Assembly: GCA_022842995.1 (NCBI GenBank)
Contig: JALHOM010000006.1
Coordinates: 19,459-65,713 of the forward strand
Source: Candidatus Saccharimonadota bacterium
GTDB lineage: Bacteria > Patescibacteriota > Saccharimonadia > Saccharimonadales > 2-12-FULL-41-12
Length of the DNA stretch: 46,255 nt
Direction: 5' to 3'
The notes under the pieces were generated by a model. The model saw only the letters and a program-made list of their open reading frames with translations, had not been told where the DNA came from and did no database searches. Positions within the stretch are counted from its first letter, which is position 1; each line of letters starts with the position of its first letter. This document shows, one piece after another, positions 38,163 to 46,255 of the stretch. Made by a program: the position numbers and the translations under genes.

Positions 38163-38197
38163 GGCTTTTATCTTTAGACTTTTATCTTTAGACTAGA
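38163..38197 (-). repeat. heptamer tandem repeat related to the one in rplA
   Basis: The - strand reads TCTAGTC TAAAGAT AAAAGTC TAAAGAT AAAAGCC. Confidence 0.6.
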
Positions 38198-38202
38198 TAT
38201 AT

Positions 38203-39696
38203 ATGGGAAAATCACTGTACCGGTCCTACCGATCAACCTCATTTGACGAAATCCTCGGGCAGGATCATATCGTTCAAGTACTCAAAAACTCGATCGCCAG
38301 CAACTCACTATCCCACGCCTACTTGCTAAGCGGACCACGCGGAACTGGCAAAACCTCCGTTGCGCGTATCCTGGCTTATGCCGCTAACAATCAAGTCTAC
38401 CGCTCTGAGGAAACCAATCTCGATATCATAGAAATAGATGCGGCATCGAATCGTAGAATCGACGAAATAAGAGAGATCAAAGAGCGGGTACATATCGCCC
38501 CTTTGCAGGGAAAGTACAAGATCTACATCGTCGACGAAGTCCACATGCTTACCAAAGAAGCCTTCAATGCCCTGCTAAAGACCCTGGAAGAACCACCAAA
38601 TCATGTGATTTTTATCTTGGCTACAACCGAATTTCATAAAGTTCCCGAGACTATTGTCAGCCGTTGTGTCCGGCTCACTTTCAAGCCCATTAGCGAGCAT
38701 GTTATCGCCAAACATCTCGAGACTATCGCCAAGAAAGAAAACATCGACATTAGCGCAGAAGCCCTGGCAATTATCGCCAAACACGGAAGAGGCAGCTTCA
38801 GAGACGCTATCTCACTGCTCGACCAAATCAAAAGCCTAGAAGGGACTATCGACACCGAAATGGTGCAGTCCATGTTGGGACTTACGTCGGTTGAATCGTG
38901 CCAGAGCATTCTCGACGCAACTTTATCGGGCGATTTACCAGTGATAAATGAGCTACTCTCGAAGTTAACTGAAAACGGCATACAGGCGGGCTCACTGGCT
39001 TCTCAGCTATCCGAGCTAATCCGCCGTCAAATTACCGATACGGATCTACCCCCTGACAATCAGCAGGGCATGATCCAGCTACTCCAAAAGCTCCTGGATG
39101 TGCCGAGTTCGACAAAACCGAATATCGCCCTTGAACTAGCACTCTACGGCCTCGCTATTTCTGTGCAAGAGCACCACGTCCAACCAGAAGAGCCCCATAG
39201 TCAAAGTCCGCAAGTAGCTAGTCCTGATACAAACAAACAAGTTGAGCCCACTCCCGTTCAGCCTGCCGCAAAGCTCTCCGACGATCAGCCCGATTCAACC
39301 GAACAAGAAGCGAAGCCTGTCGCTCATACCGAGCCATCAAAAAAAGTAATCGCAGCGCCTATCACCCCAAATAGTTCACCGTCTACAGCCAATTTCGAAG
39401 ATTTTTTGAAAGAACTTAAAAACCATAACAATACTCTGTACGGCGTCGCCCGGATGGCACAGGCTAATTTTGAGGGTAATCAACTATCGTTGTCATTCAA
39501 GTTTGCTTTTCACTATAAACAGCTAACTGATAGCAAAAACCTCAATCTCGTCACTGGCGTAGTAAAGAAAATCTACGGCGACAAAGCCATATTGTCGGTT
39601 ACAATGATAGAGAAAGAGAAGCCGGCGACCAACATCGAAGAAAGTCTCGACACAGTAGCCAGCATTTTTGGTGGGCACGAAGTATTGGAAGGCTAA
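38203..39696 (+). CDS. dnaX: DNA polymerase III subunit gamma/tau
   Basis: SLYRSYR, GPRGTGKTS, EIDAASN, DEVHML, NALLKTLEEPP and SRC. Confidence 0.95.
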   Translation: MGKSLYRSYRSTSFDEILGQDHIVQVLKNSIASNSLSHAYLLSGPRGTGKTSVARILAYAANNQVYRSEETNLDIIEIDAASNRRIDEIREIKERVHIAPLQGKYKIYIVDEVHMLTKEAFNALLKTLEEPPNHVIFILATTEFHKVPETIVSRCVRLTFKPISEHVIAKHLETIAKKENIDISAEALAIIAKHGRGSFRDAISLLDQIKSLEGTIDTEMVQSMLGLTSVESCQSILDATLSGDLPVINELLSKLTENGIQAGSLASQLSELIRRQITDTDLPPDNQQGMIQLLQKLLDVPSSTKPNIALELALYGLAISVQEHHVQPEEPHSQSPQVASPDTNKQVEPTPVQPAAKLSDDQPDSTEQEAKPVAHTEPSKKVIAAPITPNSSPSTANFEDFLKELKNHNNTLYGVARMAQANFEGNQLSLSFKFAFHYKQLTDSKNLNLVTGVVKKIYGDKAILSVTMIEKEKPATNIEESLDTVASIFGGHEVLEG

Positions 39697-39702
39697 ATAT
39701 AG

Positions 39703-41067
39703 ATGAATCCTCAGCAATCAAATCAAGCCAAAATCCCACCACAAAACCAAGAAGCCGAAGCCAGTCTCTTGGGAGCACTTCTTATCGATACCGACGCAAT
39801 CGTCAAAATCGCCGATAGTGTCCGACCTGGAGATTTCTACGACGAAAGACACCGCTATATTTACGAAGCAATTAAAAAGCTTTACGACCTACATTCTCCC
39901 GTGGACGTACTCACCTTGGCAGACGAGCTTAAAAACCAAGGAAGACTGCAAGATATCGGCGGCCCTAGCTATCTCACCGAACTCACCAACTTCGTCCCAA
40001 CTGCCGCACACGTAACGCAGTATGCCGAGATTGTTTCTACTAAATCTTTGCGCCGACGACTGATTAAGGCTTCACAGGATATTCTAGAATACGGCTATAA
40101 CGAGAGCGAAAGCCTCCAAGATTTGATAGAACAGGCCGAGACACGGTTATTTGAGGTTAGCCAACAACATGTCAAGCAAGACATTGTTAGTATGGAGCAA
40201 ATTTTAAGCGAAAGTTTTGATCGTCTTGACGAACTCCATAAAGATAAAGGCACTATCCGTGGTGTCCCGACAGGCTACCGTGATCTTGACGCCATTTTAG
40301 CCGGCCTGCAACGAAGCGATCTCTTCATCCTGGCTGCCCGCCCGAGTATGGGGAAAACCGCCATGGTCTTGAACTTAGCCCATAATGTAGCTGTTAAAGC
40401 CGGCCAGCCAGTACTTATATTCAGTCTAGAAATGAGTAAAGAACAGCTTGTCGACAGAGTCTTGGCGAAAGAAAGTGGGGTTAATGCCTGGAATCTTCGA
40501 ACGGGTAATTTGACCGACGACGACTTCGAGAAAATATCTCACGCCATGGGCCCACTGAGCGAAGCCCAAATCTTGATAGACGACACCCCTGGCATTACCG
40601 TTAGTGATATGCGCACCAAGGCGCGCAGAGAAGCTCACCAGCGACCTTTGGGACTCATAATCGTCGACTACTTGCAACTTATGAGCGGTGGCTCCAGATT
40701 CGCAGGAGAGGGGAACCGTGTTCAAGAAATTTCTGAAATCTCCAGGGGACTCAAAGGCATAGCCAGGGAGCTCAACGTACCATTAATTGCCCTCTCGCAG
40801 TTGAGCCGATCGGTAGAAAGTCGAAATCCCCAAATTCCACAACTTTCTGACTTGCGTGAGTCTGGATCTATCGAGCAAGACGCCGATGTTGTCGCCTTTT
40901 TGTATAGGGAAGAGTACTACAATCCCGACACCGAACGAAAAAACATCATGGACGTCCTTATCAAAAAACACAGAAATGGCCCAACTGGAACCGTTGAGCT
41001 GTACTTCGACCGCGAGAAACAACGCATTAGCAGTCTCGATACCAAACATTCTTCTCCATTTGACTGA
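39703..41067 (+). CDS. dnaB: replicative DNA helicase
   Basis: PPQNQEAE, AARPSMGKT, FSLEM, VDYLQL, LRESGSIEQDAD and KHRNGPTG. Confidence 0.97.
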   Translation: MNPQQSNQAKIPPQNQEAEASLLGALLIDTDAIVKIADSVRPGDFYDERHRYIYEAIKKLYDLHSPVDVLTLADELKNQGRLQDIGGPSYLTELTNFVPTAAHVTQYAEIVSTKSLRRRLIKASQDILEYGYNESESLQDLIEQAETRLFEVSQQHVKQDIVSMEQILSESFDRLDELHKDKGTIRGVPTGYRDLDAILAGLQRSDLFILAARPSMGKTAMVLNLAHNVAVKAGQPVLIFSLEMSKEQLVDRVLAKESGVNAWNLRTGNLTDDDFEKISHAMGPLSEAQILIDDTPGITVSDMRTKARREAHQRPLGLIIVDYLQLMSGGSRFAGEGNRVQEISEISRGLKGIARELNVPLIALSQLSRSVESRNPQIPQLSDLRESGSIEQDADVVAFLYREEYYNPDTERKNIMDVLIKKHRNGPTGTVELYFDREKQRISSLDTKHSSPFD

Positions 41068-41117
41068 TCAAGAAAATGAGCCTGATCTAAAGCAAATTTG
41101 ATAAAATAGATACCAAG

Positions 41118-42305
41118 ATGCATAAAACAGCCCAAAAGTGGCTAAGCAATAATTGGAAAAATCTCATTTACGGCGCCATCCTCATGGTCGCCTTAGCTAG
41201 CTTATACCTCTTTAAGCTGGGGTCTCTAGTGCGGGGTGACGGCTTCCGGGAGTCAATCCAGTATCTCGGAATTAATGGTCTCGGCAATATCAATAGCGAT
41301 ATCACCTATGGTCCTGTGAAATTTCTGCAACTACTCATGGTCAAGATCGACGAGCCTAACTCGACCTTACTGCGACTAGTTTCGGTGGCGTCGGTAATCC
41401 TGGCTGTTGTGTTGTTTTACCGTTTAATCCGAAAATGGCATACGCCCCGAATTGCCTTGCTTGCCAGTGCACTTTTTGCGACCTCCTCGTTCAGCCTTAA
41501 TCAAGGTCGATATTCATTACAAACTGCCGCATTGCTCATTGTCTTCCCCGCGCTCTTGCTATTTGGGACCTGGCTGAAGTCGAAAAAAAATGTAAAAAAG
41601 ATTATTGTTATTGGTCCGAGTGTAGCATTACTACTTTACATACCGGGGATGATGATCATAATCGCACTCCTAGGCATAGCATTCCGAAAGCGCTTGCTAC
41701 TTGCCACCCAGTTCATGAAACGCCGAGAACAATACACTGGAATGGCTCTAACGGGGATCTTGTTGGTACCATTGGTTGGCTCGATCATCCAAAAACCTGC
41801 AACGCTTTTCAGTCTTTCTGGCTTTGACTTCATCGCCAACAATGCGCTCAAGTCTAGTTTTGATAAATTTCTCCAAGTACCGATCGACCTTTTCTATGCA
41901 GCAGAGATTGATAACTATAGGTGGCTTACCGGGACACCGGTCCTCGACGTTGCTACGATAGTTCTTGTCATACTAGGGTTATACGGCTATGTACGGGGTG
42001 AGCATCCGTTGCGGTTGCGACTCCTCGGCCTTGGGATAGTATCTTCATGGCTGCTCATAACATCTTCAAGCTATCTTGGCCTCGGATTACTCATACCCCT
42101 GATCTACATTCTGGTGGCGAATGGGATCGCCTACCTACTCCAGACGTGGTTTACGGTCTTCCCGAAAAACCCGGCCGCAAGAAGAACGGGCATTATTGTC
42201 GTCAGTATACTGATCGCGGCGATCGGCTCATTCCAGTCTTATCGGTACTTTATCGTCTGGCCAAACACACCCGAAACTAAGAGTAGTTTAATCTCGCGTG
42301 ATTAG
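41118..42305 (+). CDS. polytopic membrane protein, ArnT/PMT (GT-C)-like
   Basis: About 10 TM segments. LRLVSV...LFYRLIRKW...ALLASALFATS pattern is typical of GT39/83-like proteins. Confidence 0.6.
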   Translation: MHKTAQKWLSNNWKNLIYGAILMVALASLYLFKLGSLVRGDGFRESIQYLGINGLGNINSDITYGPVKFLQLLMVKIDEPNSTLLRLVSVASVILAVVLFYRLIRKWHTPRIALLASALFATSSFSLNQGRYSLQTAALLIVFPALLLFGTWLKSKKNVKKIIVIGPSVALLLYIPGMMIIIALLGIAFRKRLLLATQFMKRREQYTGMALTGILLVPLVGSIIQKPATLFSLSGFDFIANNALKSSFDKFLQVPIDLFYAAEIDNYRWLTGTPVLDVATIVLVILGLYGYVRGEHPLRLRLLGLGIVSSWLLITSSSYLGLGLLIPLIYILVANGIAYLLQTWFTVFPKNPAARRTGIIVVSILIAAIGSFQSYRYFIVWPNTPETKSSLISRD

Positions 42306-42348
42306 ATAAAAATGATATACTAAACAATGATTTAAAGAAGGATTATAT

Positions 42349-42642
42349 ATGGGGAAAATCGATCAAGCAAAAATGCTCATGAAAGTTAAAAAAATGCAGA
42401 AAGAACTGCAGAAGCAGGTTATAACCGTTTCTGCAGGAGATGATGCTGTCATCGTAGAAATTACCGGTGAGCAAAAAATCAAAAAGATTCATATTGACCC
42501 AAAACAGGTGGATCTTGACGATATTACCGTAACAGAACGCTACGTAGAAGAGGCCGTTAAAAAAGCTATATCAGAGAGTCAGAGGATCGCAGCCGAGAAA
42601 ATGCAACCGATGATGGGGATGCTAGGAAACCTGGGGCTTTAG
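42349..42642 (+). CDS. ybaB: YbaB/EbfC nucleoid-associated protein
   Basis: KKMQKEL...SAGDDAVIVEITGEQKIKKIHID. Located before recR. Confidence 0.88.
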   Translation: MGKIDQAKMLMKVKKMQKELQKQVITVSAGDDAVIVEITGEQKIKKIHIDPKQVDLDDITVTERYVEEAVKKAISESQRIAAEKMQPMMGMLGNLGL

Positions 42643-42674
42643 TAGGAAACTTCTAAGGCGCAGTACATAAGTCC

Positions 42675-42860
42675 GTGGCAAATACTTCTTCATCACGCAA
42701 ATTTGATCCCAAACGTTTATTCATCCTGATCGTTGTGTTCTGGATATTAAACTCGCTTTACGTCCTAATTTCTGGCGGTAACTTTCAGTTAGCAGATTAT
42801 ATAAATATCGCGATTGTCGTAATCATAGTAGACCTAATCCTTAGTTTTTTGAAAAAATAA
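42675..42860 (+). CDS. small two-TM membrane protein
   Basis: 61 aa with two hydrophobic segments, filling the ybaB-recR gap. Confidence 0.5.
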   Translation: MANTSSSRKFDPKRLFILIVVFWILNSLYVLISGGNFQLADYINIAIVVIIVDLILSFLKK

Positions 42861-42861
42861 T

Positions 42862-43470
42862 ATGAGCTCAATTCTGCCTAAAGCACTTGAATCCGCCATA
42901 GAATCCATGCAAAGTTTGCCGGGGGTAGGGCAGCGCTCGGCCGAAAGATATGCAGCACATTTACTCCGCAGCAACCCATCTAAAGCTCAGAAAATTGCCG
43001 ATAGTCTCAAAAACCTCCACGACGATGTAGGTCAGTGCCCTGTAACGTTTATGCTTATTGACACTGGGCAAGATGTTTCTCCACTTTACAGCGATGAACG
43101 CCGTGACAAGCAGCAAGTTGTTATCGTTGAAGATGCCTTTGATATTGTAGCAATAGAAAAAACAGGCTTATTCAGAGGCACATACCACGTACTAGGCGGT
43201 CTGCTATCACCCATAGATGGTATTGACGCCGGCACTCTGCACATACCGGAACTGCTCGGCAGAATTAAAGCCGATAAAGTCACCGAGATTATCCTCGCCA
43301 TCAGCTCCAGCGTCGAAGGAGATTCAACGGCGCACTATATCCAATCACAACTCACCAAGTCAAAAGTAGCGATAACCAGATTAGCTCGAGGCCTACCAAT
43401 TGGCCTCGACATCGAATACGCCGATCATGTCACTCTGTCGCGGGCGTTCGAGGGGAGACAAGCCGTATGA
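42862..43470 (+). CDS. recR: recombination protein RecR
   Basis: LPGVGQRSAER HhH, YHVLGGLLSPIDG and TRLARGLPIG..IEYAD. Confidence 0.95.
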   Translation: MSSILPKALESAIESMQSLPGVGQRSAERYAAHLLRSNPSKAQKIADSLKNLHDDVGQCPVTFMLIDTGQDVSPLYSDERRDKQQVVIVEDAFDIVAIEKTGLFRGTYHVLGGLLSPIDGIDAGTLHIPELLGRIKADKVTEIILAISSSVEGDSTAHYIQSQLTKSKVAITRLARGLPIGLDIEYADHVTLSRAFEGRQAV

Positions 43471-44483
43471 GCGATATCAGCAAGCTGGCCAGCCAATTTC
43501 AGGATTTTATTAGCGACACAAAATCAATTGTCATCGTTCAAGCCGACAATCCTGATGGCGATAGCCTGGCATCGAGCCTCGCCTTAGAAGAAATACTATC
43601 CGAACTCGGACAAGAAATTATATTATATTGTGGCGTTGAAATACCCGGCTACTTAAGATACATGCCAGGCTGGGACAGAGTAGTTAGTGAGCTGCCTCAA
43701 AAGTTTGATGGCAGCATTATTGTCGATACTTCTGCCTTGAGTTTACTAGAAACGCTTACCAAAAAAGACGACTTGAAATGGCTACGACTTAAACCAGCAC
43801 TCTATATCGATCATCACCAGACCGAAGCCACTATAGATTTTGCGTCAGGCATTGTAGACGCAGCCGCAGTGTCTACAGGACAGGTTATCTACAATCTAGC
43901 GCGTGAACTGGAATTACCCATGCCGTTGCCAGCCTGCGAGTTTATCGGCTATTCAGTCCTGTCCGACAGCCTAGGCCTCACTTCTGAAGCAGTAGATAGT
44001 CCCACCTTCCAGCTCATGGCGGACATCGTAGAGCGAGGGGTTTCGGTAGCAAAACTGGATAACGCCCGCCGATCACTGAGCAAAAAATCTCGGCGCATTG
44101 TCGAATATAAAGGCAAGTTACTTACCAGAATCGAGTTTTTCGATGATCCACGCCTAGCTATGGTTACCATACCTTGGACTGAAATAGAGCAATACTCTCA
44201 TGAATACAACCCCTCGATGCTCGTCATCGACGAAATGCGTATGGTTGAAGGAGTGCAGGTAGCTATAGCTTTCAAAACCTACCCCGATGGCAAAATCACT
44301 GCAAAAATACGTTCTAATTACGGCTATAAGGTAGCGGCTGGTATCGCCGAACACTTCGGAGGCGGTGGACATCCGTACGCTGCTGGGTTCAAAATTACCA
44401 ATAATAATGATCTGGGATCTATAAAAATCGATTGTTTAACGGTAGCTTCCAAATTATTGGATGAACTCGACACTGCAGCGTAA
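43467..44483 (+). CDS. nrnA: DHH/DHHA1 phosphoesterase (NrnA-like)
   Basis: NPDGDSLAS, IIVD, IDHH, SD and FGGGGHPYAAG. Confidence 0.85.
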   Translation: MSDISKLASQFQDFISDTKSIVIVQADNPDGDSLASSLALEEILSELGQEIILYCGVEIPGYLRYMPGWDRVVSELPQKFDGSIIVDTSALSLLETLTKKDDLKWLRLKPALYIDHHQTEATIDFASGIVDAAAVSTGQVIYNLARELELPMPLPACEFIGYSVLSDSLGLTSEAVDSPTFQLMADIVERGVSVAKLDNARRSLSKKSRRIVEYKGKLLTRIEFFDDPRLAMVTIPWTEIEQYSHEYNPSMLVIDEMRMVEGVQVAIAFKTYPDGKITAKIRSNYGYKVAAGIAEHFGGGGHPYAAGFKITNNNDLGSIKIDCLTVASKLLDELDTAA

Positions 44484-44511
44484 TAATTTAAGACTAAAGC
44501 GAACTAGCGCC

Positions 44512-45921
44512 ATGAAACTATACAATACACTATCAAGAACAATAGAAGAATTACGACCTCTTGAACCAGGAAAAATCAAAATGTATACCTGCGGGCTGAC
44601 GGTCTATAGTCATCCGCAAATCGGGAATTGGGTCGCCTATATTTATTCCGACGTACTGACGAGGACACTCATCCTGTCCGGGTTTGACGTCAATCGCGTA
44701 CAAAACATTACCGATGTTGGACACCTCGTCAGCGATGACGACGATGGCGAAGACAAAATGGAAAAGGGAGCCCGCGCCGAGGGACTTACTGCTTGGGATG
44801 TTGCCGATAAGTACATCGCTGTCGCCACTGAAGAGGCAGCTAAACTCGGCTTACTAACCCCCACGAAGACGGTCCGCGCAACATCGCTCATCCCCGAGCA
44901 GATCGAGTTTGTTGAGGGTCTAGAGAAAAAAGGCTTTACCTACATCATAGAAAATGAAGGGGTCTATTTCGACACCAGCAAACTAGACGACTACGGTAAG
45001 TTGGCCAAACTCGATATCGAAGGCTTGCAGGCAGGAGTCCGCGTAGAAGTTAACGGCAAAAAGAACCCCACCGATTTTGCCATCTGGAAGTTCTCCCCCA
45101 AAAATCAGCAAAGAGACATGGAATGGGACAGCCCTTGGGGCAAGGGGTTCCCTGGATGGCACCTCGAGTGTTCAGTGATCGCACGAGAGAACCTTGGCGA
45201 CCAGCTTGATCTACACACTGGCGGGATTGATCATATCCCTGTTCATCACACCAACGAGATTGCCCAAACCGAAGCATTTACCGACAAACATTTCGTTAAG
45301 TACTGGTTCCATAATAACCACATGAAGATTAATGGCATAAAAATGTCTAAATCCCTTGGTAATAGTTATAAATTGCAAGATATTATTAGCAAAGGATACT
45401 CACTTAATGCCTTTAAAATTATGGTTCTGTCTTCTCATTATCGAACAGAGGGGAACTTTACGTGGGATATTTTAGATGCAGCCAATAATCGCTACCTTCA
45501 CTGGCAGTCTCTTTTAAACAGAAAGTGGCAAGATTTGGGTAAATCCCAAGATCAAACCGACTTGATACCGAGGATGGTCGAATCAGCGATAAATGATATG
45601 TCAGATGCCTTGCTGAACGACTTAGACACTCCCTCGGCATTTAGGATACTCGATGAAACAATTACAGACCTCGAAGAACTAGATATCGACATAAAGTCTG
45701 CGGGTAGCATCGAAAAACTAGAAGAATTTCTAGGGGATACTTTAGGCATTACATTCAATAATTCCGACTTAACATCTAGCCAAAAAGGCACGATTCGGAA
45801 ACGTCAAGAAGCTAGAGACAACAAAGATTACCTAGCCAGCGACAAATTGAGAGACGACCTAATGGGCGAAGGTATCGAGGTCAAAGATACCGCCGGCGGC
45901 CCAGTTTGGTCGAGACTTTAG
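44512..45921 (+). CDS. cysS: cysteine--tRNA ligase
   Basis: MKLYNTL, MYTCGLTVY, NITDVGH, PGWHLECS, HTGGIDH and KMSKSLGN. The start was set at ATG 44512. Confidence 0.96.
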   Translation: MKLYNTLSRTIEELRPLEPGKIKMYTCGLTVYSHPQIGNWVAYIYSDVLTRTLILSGFDVNRVQNITDVGHLVSDDDDGEDKMEKGARAEGLTAWDVADKYIAVATEEAAKLGLLTPTKTVRATSLIPEQIEFVEGLEKKGFTYIIENEGVYFDTSKLDDYGKLAKLDIEGLQAGVRVEVNGKKNPTDFAIWKFSPKNQQRDMEWDSPWGKGFPGWHLECSVIARENLGDQLDLHTGGIDHIPVHHTNEIAQTEAFTDKHFVKYWFHNNHMKINGIKMSKSLGNSYKLQDIISKGYSLNAFKIMVLSSHYRTEGNFTWDILDAANNRYLHWQSLLNRKWQDLGKSQDQTDLIPRMVESAINDMSDALLNDLDTPSAFRILDETITDLEELDIDIKSAGSIEKLEEFLGDTLGITFNNSDLTSSQKGTIRKRQEARDNKDYLASDKLRDDLMGEGIEVKDTAGGPVWSRL

Positions 45922-45955
45922 TCTATCAATAACGTAAATGACAAACCAAGATTGA

Positions 45956-46255
45956 TCAACTTACATCGGCATGTGTAAGAGGTTTGATTTTCTTCGATTC
46001 GAAATAGTCATCAGCAATAACCTTTAGGCATCCGGCCACCGGTATTGCCAACAAAGCCCCCAAAAGTCCTCCGAGACCAACACCGAGAATTGCTGAAACG
46101 AAAACGAGTAGTGGAGTCAGTGTGTTCGTTCGCGACTGAATGAACGGCTGGATAGTTACATTCTCGATTTGCTGATAAATTATAAAGTATATTGCCATAA
46201 TTATTGCCAGCGGAACATTAACCAACAAGCAAGCTAGTACAACAATTACCGATCC
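45956..46255 (-). CDS. AI-2E family transporter (C-terminal part; runs off the window)
   Basis: YQQIENVTIQP...GLLGALLAIPVAG. Confidence 0.85.
   Translation of the reverse strand, partial: GSVIVVLACLLVNVPLAIIMAIYFIIYQQIENVTIQPFIQSRTNTLTPLLVFVSAILGVGLGGLLGALLAIPVAGCLKVIADDYFESKKIKPLTHADVS

Noticed and set aside
44461-44511. 17-aa N-terminal extension of CysRS overlapping nrnA
   Set aside because: The typical CysRS start MKLYNTL is at 44512.

Overview
This is a 46 kb piece of a small-genome bacterial chromosome using genetic code 11. It is most likely Patescibacteria/CPR, Saccharibacteria-like. That is an inference from gene content: Tmk-ThyX fusion, GT4-GH57-GH15 cluster, type-2 IleRS, extended L1 and SecE, and Zn-less DnaX and RecR. 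The backbone is housekeeping: holB, four tRNAs (Tyr, Thr x2, Trp), rpmG, ileS with a T-box leader, mscL, secE-nusG-rplK-rplA-rplJ-rplL, dcd, tmk-thyX, dnaX-dnaB-ybaB-recR, nrnA and cysS. Accessory material is wedged between these genes. Four signals stand out. (1) tRNA-derived elements in which hairpins or palindromes are joined at the T-loop: a promoter-driven tRNA-like RNA of about 145 nt before a NUDIX gene, a 138-bp element bounded by two different tRNA 3' ends, and a GIY-YIG nuclease gene between a palindrome-interrupted tRNA-Trp copy and the intact tRNA-Trp. (2) A dispersed, highly diverged family of secreted Cys-scaffold orphan proteins inserted into the nusG-rplK-rplA region. (3) A short-Stem-I translational T-box on ileS. 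(4) A divergent FabD-fold acyltransferase. All calls come from reading motifs by eye; no database search or folding program was run.
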